The position numbers were made by a program, and so were the translations under genes. From Raillietiella orientalis (taxonomy: Eukaryota): 64,000 bases of DNA. The stretch is taken from contig JAYWIR010000054.1 of the NCBI GenBank assembly GCA_036172245.1, positions 496,001 to 560,000 on the forward strand, in the 5' to 3' direction. Numbering within the stretch: the stretch's first letter is position 1; each line of letters opens with the position of its first letter. The notes below the pieces were generated by a model. It saw nothing but the letters and a program-made list of their open reading frames with translations. It had not been told where the DNA came from and did not search any database. Of this stretch, positions 28,071-41,009 are shown in pieces.

Positions 28071-28549
28071 TGAATTTTCAGAATAGGAATGAGGTCATCG
28101 GGAAGGTCTTCATTTCATCGAATCACGCCAGGGCGCTTATTGTAAAAGAAGCATTTACAAAAAAGGCAGTTGTATAAAATATAAAAACGTCCTTGTTGCT
28201 CGTGGTGGCTTCACCTTCCACAGCCCATCACTACGAAGGGTGGTGGGAGATGCCTCGGAGGCGCGGCTTCTCGTGGGGAGCTCCCCGATGAGGTCAGCGA
28301 AGGAGGAGTGGGGGGGAGTAAACGAAGGTAAACAGAATACACACACACACAAAAGTACAGCTAAAGAAAATGTTTAAGGATGGGGATGGAAGGAAGGAAT
28401 CGCAGGTTTTTTCCTGGCGGCGTCCTCAGCATCTTCTGGAGGATGCTTGCATCTCCTTCCTTTTGTTGGCAGAGATGTGTCCTTTTTGTGCCTTTCTCTC
28501 GAAAGAGGGGACGATTGGGACGAGTCACCTTTCAACTAGCCCCTTACGG

Positions 28550-29100
28550 CGCGGTGAAAACGATCTCACAAAGGCAGCGCAGGGGCTGAAAGGGAAGCTG
28601 CAGACGACGTCGAGTCGTGCGCGAAGAGGAGCCGCCAGACCTGTCTGCCCTCGCCCATCGGGAGTGGAAGGGTTGCAGAGAAGCGTTCCCAGACACCCAG
28701 GAGGGACACACAAGGAAGACTATTGGGGCCCTGTCGCAGCGTAGGGTCGAGGAAGCATGCGGAGTGTCGCCGCACGCGAACCCGCGCCACAGCCACTGTT
28801 CCAGAGTTCCTTGCTTTCGAAGCAGGGCACCCCTCGGGAGGTTCCAAACTCTCCGGAGCGCATCAAAGTCCAGAAGTTCCGCACCTCCTCACCTCCCCGT
28901 GCCTGGCGCACCCGAAACGAGGAGCTCCCTGTACTACGGAACGGCGGCGCCGATTGTGCGCGAAGTGCCCGCACGCGAGGAGTGTCGTCCCACGCTGCTA
29001 CCAGAAGAGCGACAGCCCGTGGGCCTTGAGAAAGGCGGACGACATCTTTGCGTGGAACCTTTTTGTTTTCCTCTCGGCGGAGCAGCCATTCTGCGCGGAC
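28550..29100 (+). mobile_element. Decayed piggyBac 3' fragment (Cys-rich domain)
   Basis: RRRRLCAKC...RC and RHLCVEPFCF across shifted frames resemble the piggyBac cysteine-rich domain. Confidence 0.5.
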
Positions 29101-29699
29101 GCTGGGCGTCGCCCCCTTTCTCGGGAGCTGCTCTGCTTCTGCTGCACGAAACCTCTCCCACCTTTCCCTCTGGCAACAGTCGCTTCAGCATGCTGCATAC
29201 CTTTGCCCATCACGCTCTTAAGCGATAAATGGATGAGTTGGTCATCAAGTAGGAAAGAATCGCAAGGATCAACTTGACTGATTGCCCCCATCTCCTACCA
29301 GGTGCGAACTTCAGCCTCAAGCAGGACTTGGTACTGCAAGGTGACGACGAAAGAGCAATCTATTTGCCATCTCCCGCCCCTTTGAGAGCTCTTTCCGTGC
29401 TTTAGAGGACTCAAGAAATAAAAACCGGAAGTTGACTCCGCGCCTCTTCAACAGAGGAGTGTCCGCATCATTGTGTGTGCAGCGCTTGGTGCATGAGACT
29501 CCAGTGATGACGGGGTTCCTCAGGAACTATAAGTCGAGAGGAGGTGGACAGAAGACTCGAAAGAGGAAGTGGCATCGAGCATCGTCCAGCGCACACACCA
29601 GACGCGTCGCAACCGCAGGGTGGTGGTTCGGAGGTGAGCGGCAAGCGAGGACTACGATGGCGGACTTAACTCGTTGCGAATGCTGCAGAAGGTGTGGAA

Positions 29700-30420
29700 A
29701 ACCGCCTCAAGCGCTTTCCGCGCAGCTTTCTCGGGAACGTTTAGCGTCCTCATCCTTCGCGTGTCAGCCAGAAAGGAATCCTCCACCATGCCGGTTGGCA
29801 TTCATCACGCGTGGGGAGGGCAACGCTGCCATCTTCCTGTAGCATTCCACTTCGTCCAAGGTGGGCGCTTCGGAATTGTGAGTGGAACGAGTTCCGTCTG
29901 TTCTTGTGACGCGAGTGCAGATGCCCGCTGCCTCAGGGCACGGCTTGCTGCAACTCTCGAGGAGGCAGGTGGTCAGTTGGTGGCGTCTTCTTCCCTTGGA
30001 GAGACTACCCATCGAGGACTCAAGCGACTTCGTGCAGCATCAAGTAGGCCAGCAGGAAGTGAGGCATCGAACTGTGCCAAGTGCGAGGATGTGGGATCCT
30101 TCCCATATCTGTCGGTAAATTGTGCTGCCATGCGATGAGCGCGGAAGCTCCTCTGGAAGATGCTGTGGAGCTCCGGATAAACAATCCCGGATATCTCAGG
30201 CGCCTTCATGTGGAGATGCCTCCTCAGCACTCTGCAGCCTCCGCGGCATGGTTGAGATTCGAAACGCTGCAACAAGAAGCGCGGAGCAACTCGGACGCTA
30301 TTTTTTGCATTTCGTTGGCGGACTTCCTTCTGAGGAAGACCGCGAGATGGCCGCATCCCCCCAGGCAGAAGGAGGAACTTGCTGCCTTCCTGCAAAGGAT
30401 GCAGAAGACGCCGAATTAGC
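29700..30420 (+). mobile_element. L1/Tx1 LINE 3' fragment (zf-RVT)
   Basis: WWRLLPLERLPI followed by NCAKCEDVGSFPYLSVNC. Confidence 0.6.
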
Positions 30421-30499
30421 GGTCCCAGTGCTCGAGACTGGCTACTGGAAAGCCACGAAGGAAAGTGTGGGGCCACTGCATGGCTTCCGGTAGGCTGGG

Positions 30500-31420
30500 T
30501 CAATCGAATCCTTCATCGGGAAGCTTTTCCCGGAAGGATGCAACTCCAGCTTGAACTCCCAAAATGGTCTGATGAGGGAGGTCGACCTCGCTCTCCGCCT
30601 CTTCCGCTTACTTCCCCTGCGAACGCAGGTGGCGTGGTCGTGGCCTGGAGCGCGGCAGCAAAAGCAGGACGCTTTATTTTTATTTTTTTCTTTTCGTTTT
30701 CTTGTGCCCGCTGCTCGCGTCGTGGACCTCGCAGACCGGCCGGCGGGACTCTCAGCGCCTGCCTCCGGGACGCTTGGTCCTGGCCAGAGGTAGAGGCCTT
30801 CCGTTTTGGCATGCTTGTCGCCCTTCGTTTTGTCGGCAGTGGCGCTCTGCGGTCACTGGGTGCAACAGCTCCAGAGCAGCTTCCCCTCACCGTCTTGCCC
30901 TCGATGCCCACCACTGCCTGCGGAACATGGTCAGAAAGCGCGGGCGTCGTGGCGCGCCGGAAGAAGGCGGCTTTCCGCGTCACCGCTAAGCGTATCGGAC
31001 TTCCGCGCCTTCCGGCGGCGGCGCGAATTCTGCCAGGCCGCTCTCCTTCAGTGCGCGCGTCCTTGGACAGGGGTCTCCAGAGGCCGTCCTGCAGAATCGC
31101 GGACGCGAGGCCTCCCTCGCGTGGTCGCCTGCCGTCCCGCCTCCGTCGGTCGCCTTCCAGGCGACGCTGCTTCCCCTGTCGCCTGCCTCCGATCCCGACC
31201 TCCGTGGATGGGAGGCCGACGCTGCGCGCGCCCTCCTGAGTCCCGGTTCGCGACCTTCCGGCTGCGCGAGGGACGTGACCGACCACGTGCGTCAACGACC
31301 TTCGATTCCCTCAGGGTCGCCGCCTTGCTCTTGAGCCCTTTCACCATGCGGGTCTCTTGCTCCACCCCCTCGGGCGCATGATGTCTTCCCGCGAGAGCTT
31401 CACGGTTTTGCGCCCTGTTC
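30500..31420 (-). mobile_element. Possible LINE (Tx1-like) ORF1 relic
   Basis: HVPQAVVGIEGKTVRGSC resembles iP..i.i.g..v.v.y; basic low-complexity tail. Confidence 0.3.
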
Positions 31421-31734
31421 ACTCTTCTGATCTGCGTCCAGAAAGTACCTCCATCCCGTCCTCCTTGTCTTCTGCTCTTTCTTTCTTCCGTCCCCGCTCC
31501 ACCTTTCGCGGGGACTCCCCTTTTGCTGGAAAGGGGGCGCCATGCATCCCCATTTTCCTGAGGGAGTCGCCGAGCTCTCTCGCAGATTTATCTGTGAGCT
31601 CCGCTTCCGCGCGCCGAGAGGCAGCAGCGCCTCTTCTGCAGTCTTCCTGCAACCCACGGATCTTCTTCATTACTTGCGATTCGCATACAAGTCTCCCGCT
31701 CCTACCCGCACTGGGGTTGGTTCACTTCCTCGTA

Positions 31735-32200
31735 CTTGCACGCCCGTGTTGGCGCGGCCGTGTAGCCGCGGGTTCGAATCTCTGCCGCGAAGCATCGAGA
31801 ACGAGAATGAGGGGGGAACGCGTTGTGGGTAACGCGGGCGCCGCAGGCCGCTGGTTGGCCACAGGCTCCAGACGCAGTGCTGGAGAAACCGGATGCTTTC
31901 GTTGACCGGCCGGGGCTGGAAGTCTATCCTCTAGGATTCTTCCGGGAATCACAGTCAGCTCCGAGTTCTCCTTCAGCCGTGCAGTCGGAAGGGACTTCCC
32001 GCCTAGGGAGAGCTCTTCATAGCGTGCGGGGAATTGGTCATTTCCTTGTGGGGTCTCTCCGGAGTGCTGGAGGTGAGCTGCTCCCTTCAGGGTTCCATAC
32101 GGAGGCAACCAGACTGATGGTTCCCTTCAAGGTCCTCCTCAGAGGAGCAAACAAGGGGAGGGTTCTGCAGGGGTCCCCTTCGGGGTGACCTTCCAAGAGC
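31735..32200 (+). mobile_element. tRNA-derived SINE-like element, copy 2
   Basis: B-box ggttcgaatc (31771-31780) plus the body motifs shared with 21465-22050, in the same order. Confidence 0.55.
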
Positions 32201-32369
32201 GAGGGGAGCGGATTGCACCCTCGCAGCCTTCCTGAGACGGTCTGGTCCTGGACTGTGGTGCCACTGAGGTCGCGGACGAGCGACTGTGCCTTTCGTCAGC
32301 AAGTGCTCTGTCGGGCGGCGCAAGATGCTCTGAGCACCACGTGCCACCTCCGCCAGATGCCACGATGGT

Positions 32370-33050
32370 CCTCCCCGTGAGGCTGGGCTCGTGGCACACC
32401 CTCGCACCGAAGACGCCTCGGGCATGCACGACTGCGCCTCCGTGCCTCCCGAGGATGGGTGGCAAACGGCGACCAGTCGGAGGACCCCTATCCAGATGGA
32501 CTCTCCAGAGCTGCAGCGGAGGAGGAAGACACGCCTATTTGCGGCGCCCGCGTGGGGCGAGTGAAGGGGAGGGGAAACGGGGAGTGATGGGAAACGAAGG
32601 GACCCTGCTGCGACCTGCGTCCTCGCGCCCCACTGTTCGTCCCGGAGGGGTCGCCGAGGGCGGCGGGGGAAAAGCGAGCGCCGCTGGAGCTCCAGCGGTG
32701 GAGCCGCAGGGAGTCTGCCTGCCCCGGGTGACATTCCGTCGGCGAGCCGCTGAACAGCGGCGAGGTGTCCCTTGGCTCTCCAAAGGAAGGAGAGATCCCG
32801 CTGCTTCAAATGCCGGGATGGATGGACGATGGAGAGAAGAATCGCGCCGGAGGTGCAAGTACCGGGAGGAAGGGCGGGGGAGCGTCGGCTGGAAACCCGT
32901 CCGCTACGCGTCCCGGAGGAAGAAACTCGGTCGCGTGCCTGCGGGCGCAGGCGACATCTATTGCTCGGCCTGAGAATGATCCCGTGGTTGCCAGGAGGAG
33001 TGTCTAAGGTACCCAGCAGCAGGGTGGATTCGGAGGAGTAGCAGGAGGGG
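32370..33050 (+). mobile_element. Possible decayed LINE endonuclease N-terminus
   Basis: VRLGSWHTLA resembles lRlgsWNv; SRWTLQS resembles di.aLQE. Confidence 0.35.
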
Positions 33051-33212
33051 GGAAGCTTGGGAGGAGGGAAAGGGTGCGTCCCACCGCCCTTGCAAGCGGA
33101 CTTGGTCGCGCGACGAGGGAGAAAATCTCGGTGGGGAAGAGGGGAGGTTGCCCGTCGGCTGGGACTGCTCAGCCTCTCCCAGGCCCCCTCCCTCGGATGG
33201 TCACCTGCGGGC

Positions 33213-36200
33213 TCATTGGAACCGGTCCTTCCCCTTCCCGGAGAGGGAGCGCCTCCTGCCTTCCACCTTTCGCAAGTAGGCCGGCAGCAGCTTCCCGGGA
33301 GGCCCTCGAGAGACGGGACTGGAGCGCAGCTCGTTGTAGACGAAGTCGTCGCAGCTCCAGACGCTGGCGCCTAGGGCGGCTCCTGTCGCCGGGCTCCACC
33401 CCTTGCGGCCAGCGGCGCGGGATAGCTCCTTGGAAAATACTGCCTTCCGGAAGAGCTTTTCCCGGAGGGCGTCCGGGGCTTGGGTGACCTTCGCCCTCCG
33501 CCAGAGCCTGTGAACGGCCAGCTCCAGCGCGAGCATCACGAGGCTGATGGACGAGCCCACGGAGCAGAGGACGAACGTCCACTTGAGGTCAGAGAGGTTC
33601 ATCTGCCTGCCTTGGAAGTCACTGCCGCTCTTGGACTGCGATCGGTCTGCCAGCTTATCCTGGCTGACCCAGTGCCCCAGCAGACCACTGGTGTAGATCT
33701 CCAGGAGCCTGCAAAGTGGTAGCCTTGGTGGCGCCGCCGCCGCATGCCGGACGCGTCCAGCCCTACTGGAGCCCGAGGGGCCGGCCCTCCCACCCGGAAC
33801 CGCGGGAGAGCAGGGGTTGGGTCGTGGGAGGCGCGAGGACGTACAGGTTGTTGAACATCTGCTTGTAGGGGCTGCCCTTCGGCAGCATGAAGGCGAAGAA
33901 GTAGTTGAGGATGCCCGTGTCCACGATCCGGTACGGGAATGAGTCGTCGGCAATCTTACCGGTGAGTGTGTTCACCCGGTAGTTGTGGAACAGCTCCTCC
34001 AGGGCGAAGCGGCTTTGTATGAACACTCCCTCTGGAACATAGGGGAGGAAAGGGGCTCCATGACATAACAGTAAGCACGAGAAGGGGAAGCACGCCGTGA
34101 TGGGGTGGAACGCGTGGCGCTGGTCACCATCCGACGACTGCTCTCCGCTCCCTGCAGGAGCGAACTCGTGTCCCCGCGGATGCCGATCGACGGTGGCGGA
34201 AGTTGGGATGCTATGAATCGGGAAGGAGAGGTTGGAAGCGGAGCGGTGCGAGGGGGTGGCTGCGCCCTCCAAGGGACGAACTGGAAGCATACGCACCCTC
34301 TCAAGGCCTCCGAGAGAGCGGAGGCAGAGAGGGGATGGGAGGAAGGTCAGAGGGCGAAACAGACAGCTCCCGGAGATCTCAGCCTCTGAGAAGAGCGCGA
34401 GTTTGCCGGGCCCGGAAGGTTGCCACGGCAGCCAGCGACGCGGCACTTCTCCGAAGAAGCTTTTCCCGCCTAGGAAGGCAGCGCGGCGGGTTTCCCGGGC
34501 ACCGTCTTTTCCATCCGAGGGTTCACCCCCCCCCCCCCCCCCCAAAAAAAAAAAAAGTATCTGCTCTTCCAGGACCAAAGGGATGCGTACTCACTTCCGT
34601 GTCTCACGAGCGCCAGCATCTCGTCCTCGTCCTCTACGTACTCCACCCTCGGTTGCAGCGCCTCCGGCAGGAAGCCTTCCTGGAACATGCAGGTGGTAGT
34701 AGGAACTGCTAGAAGAACAGAGGGAGGCGACGGGTTGGGATGAAGAAGCAAAGGAGAGCGAGGAGATGGGTCGTCCTTGCACGACTGGTGCGAAAGGGAG
34801 GAAACTGCGCACGAGCAATGGAATCGCCGCAACTTTCCTTTTCCTCCATCTTGGCTGTGCGCTCACGGGCATAGCACTCCGGGCGCTCAAAACCGCTCGC
34901 TCCCTGCTATCTCCTACCGTTTCCGCGCCGTTTCGCTTCCAGGCTCCTCGCAAGATGCTGTGGCAGGAGGCGGCCTCTCTCTGCCTTGGTTGCAACGAAG
35001 GCGCGCTCCAAGTGTGCCTCAGTGCGGAGCGCGACCCAATGTTCGTCGCTCCAGGCAGAGCGACGAACTCTTGCGCCGAGAGAGTGTCCTATACGATCAC
35101 TCCCGTCTGTGCGTTCCTGTGGGTGCAAGCCGAGCGAACGGGTTAAGCATGGAAGGGGAGGGGGGGGGGAGGGAAAAATCATCGAGCAGCTGTACCGAGG
35201 TGAGAGGGACGCTTTGTCAGCAACGCCTTCAGACCTACGCAGCAACCGCAGGCGCGCCTTCATTGTCAGCGAGGGAAACAAGCGCGTCTTGCCCGTGGGC
35301 CCGAGAAGCGAGAGCCACCTGCCCCGCTCTGCGCGCGTGGATTCAGAGGATGAGGATGACTCCAGAGTACTCACTTCCAGGCTGGTCCTGATGAATCCGT
35401 CAGACGGCGCGAATATCCTCACCTGCGGGTAGCTGATGAGGTCGGACACCTTCTCTATGGCGCTGTCCAGGTGCCTCAGAGTGAGGTGGGCCGTCAGGTT
35501 CGCGGTGTAGAAGGCGGTCAGCAGCGTCACGAATATCCACCAGGTGATGAAGACGATGCGGCTGGAATCTGCGACTCCCCCCCCCCTCCTCCGTGCGGCA
35601 CACAGGGAAGCGGAACTCGGTGCGCACGCGAGCGTTCGCCCTCCCGCGGCGCGCCAACTCACCCGTGTACGGCGAGAGCACGCTGCCCTGCTTGACTATG
35701 GCGCCGAAGGCGAACCAGGCACACGACTGGACGGAGAACTCCTTGACGAGGTTCTCGCAGCGGCAGAAGTTGGCTCCTGTCTGAGTCACGAGGTACATCG
35801 CCGGGCCCACGACCGCCAGGAAGGCCAGCGCGATCAGCCACACCTACAGGGGGGAAGGGAAGACGTCGGCGGGGATCGGGCGGGTGAGGGTGGGATGGAA
35901 ATTCGGGAGGAAGGAAGCGGGGTTTCCCCCCGGTACGTGCGATCGTATCGAAGGGGGCCAGCAGCGCCGTCGCCTTGTTCGTCAGGTCTGCCTTGGCAGT
36001 CAGCATGGTGACCGTATCCTCCCCCAGGATGAACGAGTACTCCAGCAAGGACATGTTGACGTTTCCCCGGACGGGCGAGAAGGTGACGGACAAATCCAGG
36101 TTCTGGAAGAGCGGGAGAAAGGGAGGGGTTTCCCGAGGGGATGAGGGTCGCGGCCCCTGCTCACCTTCAAGCCGATCTGCTCGGCCTCCTCGAACAGCGA

Positions 36201-39200
36201 GTTTGGTCCCGAGAAACCCACCAGTTCCGCGGTGAAGTTGAACTTGCAGATGAGGAACTTCAAGATGTACCCGCTCGCACCCCTGAGGAGCCACTTGCGC
36301 TCTTGGACGAGGTACACGGGGTCGGTGAAGGGGATCCTCTGGGAGGGAAATGCGTCTGTTGGAGGGCACGTGTCCTTCCTCACCTTGGAGCATCCGACTC
36401 GGAGCGTCTGGCCGTTCAGGTCCTCCCCGGATTCGACCCTCAGCCCCATGCAGCCCTCGAAGGTGCTGCTGTTTTTGCTCGGAAGCTGCGGCTCTCCGCC
36501 GAGTTCTGGAAAGGACGGACGGGAGGAGCGTCGCGAAATGGGGGGTCGGGGAGAGAAAGAGAGGAAGAGGAGGCCTACGGGAGGAGATTCCTTTTCTCTT
36601 CCGGTTCCTCCTGACAGCTCTTCGGAGTGAAGGAGCGAGGCGGGGGAGGAGATCTCTACGACTTTCCACTTGCCATCACCCTTTCCCCCCCTCCCCCGAC
36701 CACCCCCCGGCTGGCAGTGAGTCATCGCTGGCGCGCGGCAGGCATTGCTGAAGGCGCAAGCTCGTCGACAACGCGACGGAAGGAAGCGATGGCTGGTGGT
36801 GACCCGGTGCTTGCGTTTCCGGTCGTTGCCTTGCCTTCTCTTCCCTTTAGCGCCAACAGTCCTTTCGAGTCGAGGCAGCTCTCGCCGTAGACAGCCGCCA
36901 CGTTTTTCTCTGGATCTTTCCTTCACTTCCTTCTTTTTCCCTGCTCGCGTTTCCGGTCAAGGGCTTCCTATAGGAAGGGCGACAAGAGATCGCTTCTCGA
37001 GCAGGCATGTCATAAGAGCAGAGGTGAGGCGTAGCCCCTCCAACACAAGATGGGCACTCCATCATAGTTGGCTCGCGAGCACGCTGTGCGCCTTGGGGAT
37101 CCTGGAAGAGCGTCTGCACGGACTCGAACTCCACTTTCCCTTTCGTAAAAAGAAAAAAAGAACCACAAAGGCGAGAGCGGGCAAGAGCTACAGGGGCACG
37201 GTCGCATTCCGTTCCAAGGGAGCGAACGAACTCGACTGGCAGCTGCCACCACTCGATCGCTTGCCTTGGCCTTCCGTGACTTCAGGCACTTCGGGAAAGG
37301 AGGACTGGACGGAGATCCAGTCCTCGTTTCCATCCAATCAGCTTCAAGAGTGTTTTCCCTCTCCTGTCAGTACGGGGAAAGAATTCACGACCAAAGGCAC
37401 CGAGAGACTGGACCCCCCATCTGCCGTGGAATTCGGATCTACCGGGTCCATCGCAGGACTGTTCAGTTCCTGAGATCGCACAGGCGCACGAAGGGTCGGC
37501 AGGAAAAAGGGCAGGTCGGGCAGGTCCGGCGGCTTCTTCACGGGTTCCTCTTACAGAAAAGCGCTCGCGTCTTCCTCTTTGATGGAATAGGTCTCCAGGA
37601 AACAGACTTGGATCTGCCTTTCCCTCCGCATGCCACCGCCTTCCGAAATTGGAAACAGCGAGCGTTGAAGGGACGCAATGCGGTGCCCGTCGACTTCCTC
37701 GAGGAAGACGCCGCGAAGGGATGTTCCCTGGGGCGATGTTCCAGCCACACTTTGAACGTGGCTCTTCCCCTATGCAATCACCGGCTGCCACAGGCACTGC
37801 ATGGGATCAACGGAAGACTATGCCGTATCCTAGAGGATAGCGAAGGACCAGCCTGCGTGCTAACTACGGGAACCGACAATCTGGCATAGAACTCCTTGGC
37901 GAAGACTTCCTGGCCCCGAAGAAAGTTTCCCGTTGCACCTTCTCATGGAAGTTAAGGATGAGGCAGGTCTGTGCTCGACCACTTGAATTCGAACCAAAAT
38001 TGATGATGGTCAGGCAAGATCGAGGGAGAATGCGATCCCTGGACAGTCTAGGGTCGGGAGATAAGGATGAGAAGGGAAGACCCAGCAGCTGCGGGTAGCA
38101 TAGGGGTCGTCTGACCTCTTAGGCAAGTAATTTTTTCTCAAAAGTGCACCCGTGGGTGCGTAATTGAAATTGGCGAAAACGGACATGTGCGTCAAACGCA
38201 CAGCAAATGCACCTATTGTAAATTGCGATGGAAAAAAAAAAAAAGGAAAAAAAGATTTATTCATAATAATTTCGTTATAGACAGAAAATAAGAAACTCCA
38301 TAAACCAGAAAAATAAGAAAAGACTCACAAGAAATTCAATCCGATTTCTCGGTACGATATTTTTCAAGATAAAGCTACGAGACCAAGTGGCACCTCACGG
38401 GTCAAGCACGAATGCCGTGTTTCCCTACGAATGCCATTTTTTGAACACCACACGACACGTCATCGCGGTGCACCAGGTTTCGATGGTGTGGATGGTATGA
38501 AATTTGGAAAGTGTCTTCCGATGAGACGTTTGGCAGTTGGTCGACCAGCTGTTCCCGGTTTCTGGAGTTGAGGATTTCCTCAATGATTTGTTCCATCAAC
38601 CGAGCGAAAAACTGTATCGGTTGAATTTTCCATTGCTTTTTTTATGTAATAAATATGAATTGAAGCACTAAAGGATGTCTAAAGGATGGAGGAATATTCT
38701 CCTCCTGTCATACTTCTTTAACCTCCTTCTCGCCAGCGCATATGCTGCAACTTTACCATCGCTTCTGTCCGCTCCACCTTTTTTTTCCCGTAATCAAAGA
38801 CCACTTCAGGATTTCTTTTCGCCATACCACTTTTCTCTGTTTCCATCATATTGGCGCCATGTACTGTACGGAAAAACAGTACATTCCTTTTGTCCCGCCA
38901 CTTCAATAACAATGATTTTGTTGTCATATCTTGCAATGTACTGACCTTTAGAAAAGTTGCTTTTATATTTTCAGGGATGCCAAGTCTCTGCTTTCGCATT
39001 GTACCAATGATGTAGGTCTTAAAAGTACATAGGTTCTGTGCGAGTTCCATCCTTGTGTACCAGGTATTCAGATAGCATTGATATCCCTGTGCCGATCGGT
39101 CATGAGAAAGTTTAAGAACGATGAGCACAAGAGTGGTCTTATATTGAGGATAATTCCGACCACATTCTGTATGTTTGCCGATGTATGTACAGAAATTCCA

Positions 39201-41009
39201 GATGTGTGCAGATTGACTTTCGTATAAGACAAAAAATTCCATTCCAAAACGACTCCTTTTAGAAGGTATATATATACTGCTTCCGAGACCGTCGCCGTTT
39301 CCATAACAACAAGGATTCACCGACACGAATGCCTCGTCCTGGAACAAATATCTGCATTGATGTTGAATATTCTTCCGAAAAGTTTCCATTTTGGAAATTC
39401 TGCTCCTCGAGGTCGCGTTTTGGTTACCTTCAGAACGAATGAATCTGCAAGGCAACAAAAGTCTGTGATGAGCCATCACTCTGCTAAGGGAGGAGTGGAC
39501 ATTCTTCCTCTTCCAGAGGAATGCAGCTTTGGGCTTTCTGGCAATTCCTTGCAGCATCCATATGGAGATGGAGCGTCTCCTTCCTGTGCTGTTTGCCGGA
39601 TGCCAATTCCTCATCCTTGGAGGATGGATTTCCACATATTGCCTTGCAATGAGAATTCGTCTGCTTCACAATTATGGATGTCGGCTTCTTATCCAAAAAT
39701 TCATAAAAGTGAGCATTTCTTCCTTGGCTTTCTAAGCACACTGGAAATTGTAGGCGAGGCTTTCCAGGAAAATCAAATGCTGCTCTCCTATTTTCCTCCG
39801 TACACCATTCCGGCTTTTCATTCTGCTCTTCCTCTTCGGATTCGCTGTCACCATGGAGATCCTCGTCTGGATCACTACTGCTGCTTTCATCAGGAGACGT
39901 CAAAATCGGGACACATCTTCGCTTTCCGGTACATAAAATTGCATCATCGTCGCTATCAAAATTAGCCATCTAAAGGGTGCAATAAGGAAAGAGAAAGTAG
40001 CTATTCGAGGGCTCTGAGCTTTATACCACCTTACCTACTTGGTATAATAATTGAGGAAAGCCAAAACCAAAAAGTACGTTTACCTCTTACATAGATCACT
40101 TTTTTCCAGAGCTAATCATTTGAGGCCTGAAAGGAGGAAAGTAATGGAAGCTCTAATTGAGAAAAAAAAAAAAGAAAAAAAAACCATTTCCCTCAATTAG
40201 AGCTCCAGCTATGTAAAAAGCAGGTAAACAAACCCAATGTGTAGAAAGAAGAGGAAAAAAGAATTTTTTGTTTACGACTTACATCACACGAAAAAATGTT
40301 GTGATAAGAAATGATGAAGGTCAATGCTCATTGCAGTCCCGCTAAAAAAAAATCTGAGAAAAGTCTTTTTTCAACTTTTCACTGAAACTTCGCATTTCGA
40401 TAGCAGGGTGTGGTTCTACCCCCCTCCCCTCCCCACCCACTGCGTATATATCCGCCAAACGCACCACGGCGGCGGCGCCCTTGCAGAACGCATGTTCACG
40501 TCAAACTCTCTTAGCAGGTCAAGAGGGAGAGTCTTCCCGCAGGTTTCTGGAACTTGTGGCTCGCGCGCTCATCGCCATGGAAACGGCAGAAACGTGACGG
40601 AGAAACTAGCAGGAAACGGATCTTCGGGATTCTCCCTCCCCCCCCATTGCATCATCCCAATGCTATCCAGCAAGGATGGGAATTGCTAGTTCCTCCACCG
40701 AAGCCCACCCTCGTCTCCCCATTCCTCCCCCTTCACCCTCCTATGTGGGTGCGCATCCTCGTGGATCCACCAACCAAAAAGCAGTCCAGCAATCTCTGCG
40801 GTGGCCATCCCGACTCTTCACTCTTGCTACACTGTTCCCTTCCTTCCCATCATCGCAAACAGATGTTCGTCCGCGGCTCGCGCGGCCACTGACATCACAT
40901 GCGCGCACAAAAGCAGACATCTCAGCCCACCCTCTCTACCTTGGCATAATCCCCTTCGGCAGGTTGTTGCGAGGCAACTGCAGAGCAGCAGCACTGGTAA
41001 GAGGCGCAT
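33213..41009 (-). CDS. Ir76b: Ionotropic receptor (variant iGluR), IR76b-like. Well-supported exons: 36384-36505, 36165-36338, 35941-36102, 35663-35843, 35375-35568, 34595-34679, 33845-34031, 33213-33708. Probable signal-peptide exon 40940-41009; exons in 36580-37970 unresolved
   Basis: LAPFDTIVWLIAL (M1), AWFAFGAIVKQGSVLSPYTDSSRIVFITWWIFVTLLTAFYTANLTAHLT (pore and M2, close to the IR76b signature KQGSTLSP..DSTR..F.TWWIF.TILT.FYTANLTAFLT), FAFMLPKGSPYKQMFN..L...SGLLGHW (S2), MNLSDLKWTFVL (M3). First exon MRLLPVLLLCSCLATTCRRGLCQ followed by a GT donor. IR call is strong; IR76b orthology and the 5' end are less certain. Confidence 0.88.
38330..39969 (-). mobile_element. piggyBac (PGBD4-like) transposase pseudogene inside the probable 5' intron region of the IR gene
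   Basis: YIPSKRSRFGMEFFVLYESQSAHIWNFCTYIG, GYQCYLNTWYT, GTMRKQRLGIP, KWRDKRNV and PEVVFDY; acidic N-terminus; several frameshifts. Confidence 0.92.
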
